A DNA stretch of 64,000 nucleotides, from positions 30,112-94,111 of the forward strand of contig JAZUBS010000034.1 in the NCBI GenBank assembly GCA_045638605.1, read 5' to 3'. Shown here piece by piece: positions 55,801 to 62,864 of this stretch (the stretch's first letter is position 1; the number at the start of each line of letters is the position of its first letter). A program made the translations under genes and the position numbers. Under the pieces are notes generated by a model. That model was not told the origin of the DNA. It worked only from the letters and a program-made list of their open reading frames with translations, and ran no database searches. Source of the DNA: Candidatus Gastranaerophilaceae bacterium (lineage in GTDB: Bacteria > Cyanobacteriota > Vampirovibrionia > Gastranaerophilales > Gastranaerophilaceae).

Positions 55801-55827
55801 CGAATACGGTGCTATTTTTTGAATCAT
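52810..55827 (-). CDS. soluble FtsH-like M41 metalloprotease with degenerate AAA+ module and Clp_N-like N-terminal region
   Basis: GTVGAGRKYTAQAIAGEAKIPY aligns to FtsH [22 protein letters not shown] (Walker A K->R, T->K). ILFVENFD vs IIFIDEID (Walker B). SRH Arg residues absent. HECGHA zinc motif and downstream GGNSCEH and TTDMKMAT are conserved. No TM helix seen. Start chosen at the ATG at 55827, 6 nt after AAGGA. Confidence 0.7.
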   Translation of the reverse strand: MIQKIAPYSVSVNNTKYTNKKTNPIVNTQAQEINDTAKAPVNGEFLNNYYVSFSGKKTTKSEEVCDKALEIDENLSYYGEKLLDDAKLIAKKNNHAQITQVHVLKAGLESIKKYIDDLDSGEVNYNDESSFSSYEVLEDEIGDDIFKEKNKRDKIKPVIEKEIEILDKKLSEMRIINTSVKSKDIPLSKDFLNDIYSLYNQANEKDDMGGDGLVHDYTIFEAAMFSNNDKVKKEITIPFRNDLKDEIQLDKKPLSQRTHLSFYDAKALNIWKNLAIGTNMMILHDKDIQPSHLINSFLHVFENSKDGFGKLNKKNTEIINFNDNGALDINYLSQKMYKLGKNKDKNYIMVMSAMDRGLNALAIDEINVPEFIKAPKNIKFLMVADKDKYYNQSTKGTVSLFFSDFGEVSMPLMNMAQAKKMFNEQPKLLEKIKKPFTKQAIDKAVEISNQLKGTYPEKAQKVMELIAAYYVDKDKITLKDVQNYVKEAKEIFKPVENDAAIKVVFDTGVKLKDMVGVPATKKEAASIVSRIKDKSIGTKGFIIYSQDGTVGAGRKYTAQAIAGEAKIPYIEINAVDFGTKDVDLFDDVNLSPEASMKKLFGMVKAQAETNPYKSTILFVENFDYFSYGEAVSQYHEKAMSQLIREMNKAQEQGLNIIVMGSMFDAGNIGEATSKSFKFIDKIEVETPGYNEKARSEVIDYYINKKGIKLAGSNQDQQNIKEHIKLITEYSSYIEILTILDKAQTIAKERNHKLIEKSDFTEAFLQLLYGRPSISNMPQYEKEMVTSHECGHALNTTIMFDLAEKKGQPWHRGEKLNFITLDPRGFYGGCVFASDIENSECSFEKMFSNIVLCFGGNSCEHKFYNQDGSWGITTDMKMATDAATKMVTVMGQGKHFGKKSIKGVNFLSDEDKLKINKDIDVILKNGQLVSDLITEVYADFNREFTKKYASRVGTGNCIIHKDEFWQMFNEWKAKQPQEKQDLFKKLDSSILEIIEYTKKGIICHKN

Positions 55828-55915
55828 AATCATTCCTTTTTTATATCTATCAATAGCTGTAAAACTCAAGCCAAATATAATTTGCTATTTTTATTAACTT
55901 TTATTAACTAGTAAT

Positions 55916-56260
55916 GTAGGGTACGTCATTGCCAATATCGTAGACGAAGAAATGTGCCGTACGAAAGAGCAAAATCAGGCGGGCGAGCCCCCCCATTCAA
56001 AGCGTCTTGAAATTCCTTATCGCTCAGAAGTTTCGCCTAATGCCATCCGTGCAAGCAGGCTCATTTTCTTCGCTTACCAAACTAATGTTCGTCTGGAATT
56101 TCGCAAAACCACATTTTTGCATAGCGCTTGTATTTCAAGAGAGATATGCAGCCAGCTAGAAGTTTTATTTGAGCATAGCGAAAACTACAATTCTGCGTGC
56201 ATACTTTGACTCACCTATTATTTTTTTAATCTTGAGGGGCGTCAAAACGACCCACCCTAC
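55916..56260. repeat. REP-bracketed GC-elevated non-coding insert
   Basis: GTAGGGTACGTC at 55916 and GAGGGGCGTCAAAACGACCCACCCTAC ending at 56260 are inverted relative to each other. The ~300-bp interior is visibly more GC-rich than its surroundings and has no convincing ORF. Confidence 0.6.
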
Positions 56261-56396
56261 CTTACTGCAAAGTATACATCATTTGACAAGCCAAAAGATT
56301 TAGACTATAAACTTTAACTTACTCACTTTTACCAAAACGCAAATAAAAAGACGTTCCTAAAAATTAGAAACGTCTTTAAATATTTTAAACAAAAGC

Positions 56397-57734
56397 TTAC
56401 TCTTTCAAGAAGCTTTCATATTGTTTTGCTAAAAGATGCGTTTTAACTTGGTTTATCAAATCTAACGCAACCCCAACCATGATGATTAGAGAAGTAGCTC
56501 CGATACCTTGGAAAGTAGTTATATTAGTAACTTTACTAGCCAAAGATGGTATTAAAGCAATCAAACCTAATGCCATAGCTCCTATAAAGGTAGTTCTTGT
56601 AAGAATTCTATCTAAGGCTTCTGAAGTTGGTCTACCAGGCTTAACACCAGGAATTGATGAACCATGTTTTTTGAGGTTATTTGCAATATCCTTTGGTTGC
56701 ATATTTGGCATAATTGACGCATAGAAGAAAGTCAAAAGCACAATCAAACCAAAATAAATTGCATAATAAGTAAATCCGGTAGGACTCAATACTTGAGTTA
56801 AGTGTTCAAATACAGTTTCCAATGATTTACCTCTAAACGCTTGTCCCAAAAACTGAAGAACAGTAGCTGGGAAATACAATATTGCAACAGCAAAAATGAT
56901 AGGCATAACCCCACCAGGATTAAGTTTAAATGGAATATGCGTATTCATACCACCATAAATCTTATTACCAACCTGTCTTTTAGGGTTAACAATTATCACT
57001 TTTCTGATAGCTTCTTGCATAATTACAATCAACACCATTGTTGCTGCAAAAATACCAAGCAAAAGAACCAAGTTCATTTGCATACCTGCATCATTTGCAA
57101 TAAGTTGTCCTGTTTTTGAAGCATAAACAGGAATACCTGCTAAAATACCTGCAAAAATCAATAAAGAACCGCCATTACCGATTCCACGTTCAGTAATCAA
57201 CTCAGAAAGCCACATTACAAACACAGCTCCTGCAGTTAAAATAAGCATTGAACCAACAAAGAAAAGCCCTTTAGAAATTCCCGGCAAAATAGCCATTGGT
57301 GCTTGATGCGTAAGATAAGACAAGAACACACCACCTTGAAACATTGCAATAAATACAGTCAAAACTCTACTGTATTGAGAAAGTTTGCGTCTTCCCGCTT
57401 CGCCTTCTTCTTTTTGCATTTGTTCCCACTTAGGAACGATAACCGCCATCAATTGCATAACAATAGATGCAGTGATGTAAGGTCCAATTCCTAAAGCAAT
57501 AATAGAAACTTTACCTAACGCACCACCAGAGAATAAATCTATGAAAGCGATTAAGTTATTTCCTGTTGCTAATTGAGCAAACACAGCATTATCGATACCA
57601 AATAATGGTACTTGTGCTAAAAATCTAAACACTGCTATTGCAAGTAGTGTAAATATTGCTTTTTCTTTCAAGCCCGACGCCTTAACCATACCCATAAGAG
57701 CATCAGGAGTCGGTTGCATGTAATTGTTTTTCAT
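56397..57734 (-). CDS. secY: preprotein translocase subunit SecY
   Basis: 445 aa, 10-TM pattern, GIGPYITASI and GGVMPIIFA motifs. Follows rplO. Confidence 0.95.
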   Translation of the reverse strand: MKNNYMQPTPDALMGMVKASGLKEKAIFTLLAIAVFRFLAQVPLFGIDNAVFAQLATGNNLIAFIDLFSGGALGKVSIIALGIGPYITASIVMQLMAVIVPKWEQMQKEEGEAGRRKLSQYSRVLTVFIAMFQGGVFLSYLTHQAPMAILPGISKGLFFVGSMLILTAGAVFVMWLSELITERGIGNGGSLLIFAGILAGIPVYASKTGQLIANDAGMQMNLVLLLGIFAATMVLIVIMQEAIRKVIIVNPKRQVGNKIYGGMNTHIPFKLNPGGVMPIIFAVAILYFPATVLQFLGQAFRGKSLETVFEHLTQVLSPTGFTYYAIYFGLIVLLTFFYASIMPNMQPKDIANNLKKHGSSIPGVKPGRPTSEALDRILTRTTFIGAMALGLIALIPSLASKVTNITTFQGIGATSLIIMVGVALDLINQVKTHLLAKQYESFLKE

Positions 57735-58186
57735 TATACTAATTCAGCCTTTCCGCCAGCTTTTTCAATTTTTTCTTTTGCAGATGCACTAAAGTGAGCT
57801 GCTTTAACAGTAACAGCTGTAGATATTTCACCATTACCTAAAACTCTCAAAGCTTTAGCAGAGTTACGAACTTTGCCTGCTTCTTGTAAACAGCACAAGC
57901 AAACTTCTTTCATGCCATATTTTTCAAGGTCAGAAACGTTAATTTCAGCGTATTCAATTTTGTTAATAACTTGGAAACCTTTTAATTTAGGCATTTGTCT
58001 GTAACCAGGCATTTGACCACCTTCAAAACCTCTTTTTGCAGAGCTACCTGAACGTTGCCCTTCACCGTTATGTCCACGACAAGATGTTTTACCATGTCCT
58101 GATGAACGACCACGACCTACTCTTTTAGATTTTTTAGTAGAACCTTCTGCAGGTCTTAAATCTTCTAATGTTATCATTTCTGTCAT
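57734..58186 (-). CDS. rplO: 50S ribosomal protein L15
   Basis: KRVGRGRSSGHGKTSCRGHNG signature. Its stop overlaps the secY start. Confidence 0.93.
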   Translation of the reverse strand: MTEMITLEDLRPAEGSTKKSKRVGRGRSSGHGKTSCRGHNGEGQRSGSSAKRGFEGGQMPGYRQMPKLKGFQVINKIEYAEINVSDLEKYGMKEVCLCCLQEAGKVRNSAKALRVLGNGEISTAVTVKAAHFSASAKEKIEKAGGKAELV

Positions 58187-58214
58187 TTTTATATTACCTT
58201 TCGATTAGTTTTAA

Positions 58215-58394
58215 CTATTTAACGATTTCAACTAGGTGAGAAACCTTGTTAACCATACCCATAACAATAGGTGTGTCATATTGTTCAACAACTTGGTTTA
58301 CTTTTTTCAAGCCAAGGCTATGAACAACTTTAATTTGCTTTTCGGTTGAACCGATAAGACTTCTTTTAAGTTTAATTTTTATTTGATTTGCCAT
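58215..58394 (-). CDS. rpmD: 50S ribosomal protein L30
   Basis: 59 aa from the ATG at 58394: MANQIKIKLKRSLIGSTEKQIKVVHSLGLKK. Confidence 0.88.
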   Translation of the reverse strand: MANQIKIKLKRSLIGSTEKQIKVVHSLGLKKVNQVVEQYDTPIVMGMVNKVSHLVEIVK

Positions 58395-58454
58395 TTTTAT
58401 TTTCCTTATATTATTTAACATCAAAGATGTTTAGTAATCCTATTAGCCAACCGA

Positions 58455-59072
58455 CTAGTTAAGCATATCTTTCAATGCCAAGCCACGACGTCTAGCAACA
58501 TCGTTGAACATTCTTAATGATTTTAAAGCTTCCATTGTAGCGTTAGCAGCGTTTAATGGAGATTTAGAACCTAAAGATTTGCTCAAAATGTTTTCGATAC
58601 CAGCAAGTTCAAGAACTGAACGAACTGCACCACCTGCGATAACCCCTGTACCTTCAGAAGCAGGTCTTAACATTACGCTACCAGCACCTGAACGACCAGT
58701 GATAGGGTGAGGAATAGTTGTTTTGAAAATAGGCACTGTAATAAGGTTTTTTCTACCATCAGCGATAGCTTTTTGGATAGCTACTATAACTTCAGCAGCT
58801 TTTGCACAACCTACGCCAACTTGACCTTTTTTGTTTCCTACGATAACAATCGCACGGAAGCTTAATTTCTTACCGCCTTTAACAACTTTTGTTACACGGC
58901 TAATTTGAACAACTCTTTCTTCCCATTCTGAAACAGGTTTTTCAACTTCTGTTGTTTCAATTCTTCTTTTTTTACCACGTTTTTGTGGTTTTTCTGTTTG
59001 TTCAGCTGCAGCTTCAACTTCTACAGTTTCTTCTACAACTTCAACTACTTCATTTAATTTTTCTTCTGACAT
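58455..59072 (-). CDS. rpsE: 30S ribosomal protein S5 with ~40-aa charged N-terminal extension
   Basis: Core [27 protein letters not shown]...[11 protein letters not shown]. The N-terminus [37 protein letters not shown] is extra. Confidence 0.92.
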   Translation of the reverse strand: MSEEKLNEVVEVVEETVEVEAAAEQTEKPQKRGKKRRIETTEVEKPVSEWEERVVQISRVTKVVKGGKKLSFRAIVIVGNKKGQVGVGCAKAAEVIVAIQKAIADGRKNLITVPIFKTTIPHPITGRSGAGSVMLRPASEGTGVIAGGAVRSVLELAGIENILSKSLGSKSPLNAANATMEALKSLRMFNDVARRRGLALKDMLN

Positions 59073-59113
59073 TTATTTTTCCTTTTTTCAATGTAAATGT
59101 ACTACTACTTTAA

Positions 59114-59262
59114 ACAAAAAAACATGCTCAATACGCGTAAGTTCTGATTTTCATCTTCAAGACCTTTGGGTAAGATCTTTGGAACCTAGCTGAGTGCATG
59201 TTCGAATTTTGGATTTTAATTTTCTGACTCTTTTATTATATTAAATAAATATTTATGTGCAA
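59114..59262 (-). promoter_or_regulatory. promoter plus structured 5' leader of the rpsE-rpmD-rplO-secY operon
   Basis: Minus strand: TTGCAC (59262-59257), 16 nt, then TATAAT (59240-59235). In the leader, a long-range stem AACATGC/GCATGTT encloses ~60 nt with an inner hairpin (AAGATC..GGTCTT). A run of 7 U follows, ~40 nt before the ATG. Confidence 0.4.
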
Positions 59263-59294
59263 GTAATCAAAAAGTTATTGTAACAATGAATTAA

Positions 59295-59328
59295 GCAAAA
59301 ATGCGGGTACATTTTGTTGCACCCGCAT
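59295..59328 (-). terminator. intrinsic terminator of hppA
   Basis: Minus strand: ATGCGGGT-loop-ACCCGCAT followed by TTTTTGCTT. Confidence 0.8.
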
Positions 59329-59347
59329 TTAATAATAAACTGTTTTT

Positions 59348-61762
59348 TTATTTATCTGATTTTATTCTCATACCGTAGAATGAGCGGTAAACAAAGAATA
59401 ACGCTACAAAGAAGAACACTGTGCCTACATAAGGCGCATATTCTTTAAAGCTTTCTGAAATAGCGATTTCCATAGCTAACAAACCAAACAATGTTGTAAA
59501 TTTAATAATTGGGTTCATCGCAACGGAAGAAGTATCTTTAAATGGGTCTCCCACTGTATCACCAACAACTGTTGCTTCATGCAAAAGAGTTCCTTTTTCA
59601 GCTAAATCAACTTCAACTATTTTTTTACCGTTATCCCAACATCCGCCTGCGTTTGCCATAAATACAGCTTGGAACAAACCAAATACAGCAATTGCAATCA
59701 AATAGCTTACAAAGAACGCAACTGGTTCATTTGAGCCAACAGGAGCTGAGAAAAACGCAAACGCTAACGCAAATGAGAACAATGCTATAAAGATATTAAG
59801 CATACCTGATTGCGCATATTGTGTACAAATTTTTACAACTTCTTTTGAGTGTTCTGTTGCAGCTGTAGCAGAACTATTATCATCAAGATTAATATGTTCT
59901 TTAATGTATTTTACAGCTCTGTATGCACCAGTTGTAACTGCTTGCATTGAGCTTCCTGTAAACCAATAAATAACCGCTCCACCTAAGATAAATCCTAGAA
60001 TAGTATATGGGTTAAGCAAGTTCAAAATAGCTTCTGGCTGAATCCCCAAAGTATCTCTAATTACCAAGATTAATGAGAAAATCATTGTTGTTGCACCAAC
60101 AACAGCTGTTCCAATTAATACTGGTTTAGATGTTGCTTTAAAGGTGTTTCCAGCACCATCATTAGCTTCTAATAATTTTTTAGCTTTATCAAATTTAGGT
60201 TCAAAACCAAAATCATTTTCAATTTGTTTATCAATTCCTTCGATATTTTCAATCAAAGATAATTCATAAACAGATTGAGCGTTATCGGTAACTGGCCCAT
60301 AACTGTCTACTGCAATTGTAATTGGACCCATTCCCAAAAATCCAAATGCCACCAAACCAAATGCAAAGACAGATGCATAAACCATTAATTCTGATGGGAT
60401 ATAAAGGCTTGCAAAATAAGCAACAGCCATCAATACAACGATTGTTAAACCAATCCAAAAACCAGAGAAGTTACCAGCAACTAAACCGGAAAGAATAGTT
60501 AATGAAGAACCACCTTCACGAGATGCTGTAACAACTTCTTGTGTATGTCTTGCTTTTGTACTTGTGAATACTTTTGTAAATTCAGGAATTAACGCTGCAC
60601 CCAAAGTACCACAAGAAATAATTACTGACATAATTAACCATAAGTTATTACCCATAGAACCTAATTGCCAATAGCTTACGCCAAATGTCATAATGATTGA
60701 CAAGATTGATGTTATCCAAATTAAAGAAGTCAATGGAGCTTCAAAATCCATATCTTCAACTTTTGAATATTTAAATTTACCAATAATATCGTTAACTTTG
60801 TAAGCGATTACAGAAGTAACAATCATTAAGAATCTCATTGTGAAAATCCAAGTTAACAAAGGAATTCTTGATTCTTCTGATACCCCTAACAAAATGAAAC
60901 TAACAAGAGCAACACCGGTTACCCCATAAGTTTCAAATCCATCTGCAGTTGGTCCAATAGAATCGCCCGCATTGTCGCCTGTGCAGTCTGCAATTACGCC
61001 TGGGTTTCTTGGATCATCTTCTTTGATGTTGAATTGAACTTTCATCAAGTCAGAACCAATATCAGCAATTTTAGTAAATATTCCACCAGCTACACGCAAA
61101 GCTGATGCACCTAATGATTCACCAATTGCAAATCCGATAAAACAAGCGCCAGCTAAATGTCCAGGAACAAAAAGCAAAATTGTAAGCATCAAAATCAACT
61201 CAACACTTACAAGAATTACACCAATGCTCATACCAACTTGAAGAGGTATTCCTAAAATATCATAAGGTTTTCCTTTTAGTGCAACGAAAGCTGTTCTTGA
61301 GTTTGCCAAAGTATTCATTCTAATACCATACCAAGCAACCCCATAAGAGCCTAAAATACCGATTACAGACCAAGCCAAAATCATTAATACGCCTTTTGCG
61401 TCAAGGTCTTGTAATACACCAAAGTAAAAACCAATACAAATCGCTATTAATACTTCTAATAATACTAAGAATTTACCTTGTTGAACAAGATAAGTTTTAC
61501 AAGTTTCAAAAATCAAATTACCAACCATTAGCATTGATTTATGTGCTTTAATATTTTTTACATTAAAGTATTGAATAATACCAATGATAATACCCAAAGC
61601 ACTGATTACAATACCAGCTACTAGTAGATTATAGCTGTCTTGATGCGCTGCAAATGATGGAACAACTAAGTCTGCTTCTCCTGCCAAAGCTGGCATTGTT
61701 GAAAAAAGCAGGGTACTTAGCATAGCAAACATTGCAAACACAAAATTTTTCAAATGTTTCAT
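59348..61762 (-). CDS. hppA: membrane-bound proton/sodium-translocating pyrophosphatase
   Basis: 804 aa, polytopic. Motifs: GDNAGDSIGPTADGFETY, DNVGDN-like ADCTGDNAGD, GDTVGDPFKDTSSVAMNPIIKF. Confidence 0.95.
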   Translation of the reverse strand: MKHLKNFVFAMFAMLSTLLFSTMPALAGEADLVVPSFAAHQDSYNLLVAGIVISALGIIIGIIQYFNVKNIKAHKSMLMVGNLIFETCKTYLVQQGKFLVLLEVLIAICIGFYFGVLQDLDAKGVLMILAWSVIGILGSYGVAWYGIRMNTLANSRTAFVALKGKPYDILGIPLQVGMSIGVILVSVELILMLTILLFVPGHLAGACFIGFAIGESLGASALRVAGGIFTKIADIGSDLMKVQFNIKEDDPRNPGVIADCTGDNAGDSIGPTADGFETYGVTGVALVSFILLGVSEESRIPLLTWIFTMRFLMIVTSVIAYKVNDIIGKFKYSKVEDMDFEAPLTSLIWITSILSIIMTFGVSYWQLGSMGNNLWLIMSVIISCGTLGAALIPEFTKVFTSTKARHTQEVVTASREGGSSLTILSGLVAGNFSGFWIGLTIVVLMAVAYFASLYIPSELMVYASVFAFGLVAFGFLGMGPITIAVDSYGPVTDNAQSVYELSLIENIEGIDKQIENDFGFEPKFDKAKKLLEANDGAGNTFKATSKPVLIGTAVVGATTMIFSLILVIRDTLGIQPEAILNLLNPYTILGFILGGAVIYWFTGSSMQAVTTGAYRAVKYIKEHINLDDNSSATAATEHSKEVVKICTQYAQSGMLNIFIALFSFALAFAFFSAPVGSNEPVAFFVSYLIAIAVFGLFQAVFMANAGGCWDNGKKIVEVDLAEKGTLLHEATVVGDTVGDPFKDTSSVAMNPIIKFTTLFGLLAMEIAISESFKEYAPYVGTVFFFVALFFVYRSFYGMRIKSDK

Positions 61763-61879
61763 ATATGCCTCCTATAAACTAATAAACAAATTTCATCTTA
61801 AATTATACTATATTTTACAAAAAAATGATAATTTATTTATAGGATAATTAAATTTTTAGCCTATAGGCTAATTATATTT

Positions 61880-62027
61880 AAATTATAATTTAGCGGTGTA
61901 AATAAAATCAAAAATTAGCAAACAGTAGGGTGCTGTCTTTAGCCGCACCACAAGATTTGAAAAATAATCGGTGCGTCAAAACGACGCACCCTACATAACT
62001 AAATTTTTCGCTAGATTAAAATCTTCC
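61880..62027 (+). repeat. modular repeat element, copy B, with REPIN-like doublet
   Basis: Near-identical to 42084 onward. Units at 61925-61949 and 61970-61994 are separated by 20 nt. It lacks the ~105-bp module inserted in copy A after CTACATAACT. Confidence 0.85.
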
Positions 62028-62110
62028 CTACGTTCTGGTATAATTGCAACCCTCTACACACGAAGTCAATTGCGACTTTATGTTTTTAAATCTGACATTT
62101 CTTGGCGAAA

Positions 62111-62521
62111 CAACGAAAGAGGAGCCATTTGTTTGAGCGAAGCGAGTTATGGCTCCTTGGGTTGAGCCTTGAAATGACGAGAGAAAAACATCCAGTCGCT
62201 AGCCTTTTGCTTACTTTTGCGCAATGGCAAAAGTAAGTCGCAAGGGCTTCAGCCCGCGAAAAATTGTTTTTGAATTAAATTATATGTTACATTTTTCTTT
62301 TGTTGCGTGCAAAAGAAAAACGTAACGCAAAAAGAAAACACGCCGACCGTTAGAGAGAGTAACGATTTTGCTGGAATTTTTTAATGCTTTTTTTGCAAAA
62401 AAGCTCGAAAAAAATTCTGGCGCAAAATCGAACTCTCTCTATCCCGAAGTTAGGTCAGGTGGGCTCAAGCCGCCCCCCTGAAACCCCTTGCTAAAGCGGC
62501 AACGCCGCTATGGCGGAGATT
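62111..62521. other. hairpin-dense GC-elevated non-coding segment (candidate structured RNA or nested palindromic elements)
   Basis: Stems found by hand: 62111-62146 (8 bp), 62200-62227 (11 bp), 62234-62245, 62276-62316 (17 bp, 1 mismatch). Also 62342-62430 (89-nt three-tier hairpin), 62485-62499 and 62503-62521 (8 bp). No plausible ORF. Confidence 0.5.
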
Positions 62522-62747
62522 TCATCTCCGCTATTGTCTCCATTCGTAAAATTTATATTTAAATTATCATGGACAGTAATGGAATTCATTTCAGCATCTG
62601 TCGGAAAGGCTTTCGGAGAATGATTTAGGGTTTTCTTTTTCTAAAGATAATAATTTTTTCCCTAGTTCTCCCTCCAGATCTCGAAACAGTCCGAAGTAGG
62701 TTTGTAACAAAATGTAAACGTAAATTTAAAACAGCCTCAAACCCTTA

Positions 62748-62780
62748 TAAAATCGACGAATAGAATAGAATAGAATAGAA
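62748..62780. repeat. pentanucleotide microsatellite (GAATA)x6.6
   Basis: gaatagaatagaatagaatagaatagaatagaa, ~85 nt upstream of the 62865 start codon. Confidence 0.95.
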
Positions 62781-62864
62781 TAGAATAGAAATCCCTATGA
62801 CAATTTATAAAGTTCATTTGTTTTGTATAAATGTAAACTATGAAAAATGCGAAAGGGAAAAGTT

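Noticed and set aside
55952-56209. 85-aa ORF inside the REP-bracketed insert
   Set aside because: It has no RBS, odd composition and sits wholly within a repeat-bounded GC-rich insert. It is treated as non-coding. A 32-codon minus-strand ORF there is equally unsupported.
61971-62165. 64-aa ORF starting with GTG
   Set aside because: Its first 8 codons are the REP-like palindrome GGTGCGTCAAAACGACGCACCCTAC itself. It has no RBS, so it is an artefact of the repeat.
62030-62760. Retron, group II intron or integron attC interpretation of the hairpin-dense segment
   Set aside because: No reverse transcriptase, IEP or integrase ORF is nearby. No domain V/VI-like motif or GTTRRRY/RYYYAAC core sites were recognised. 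It is left as an unclassified structured region.
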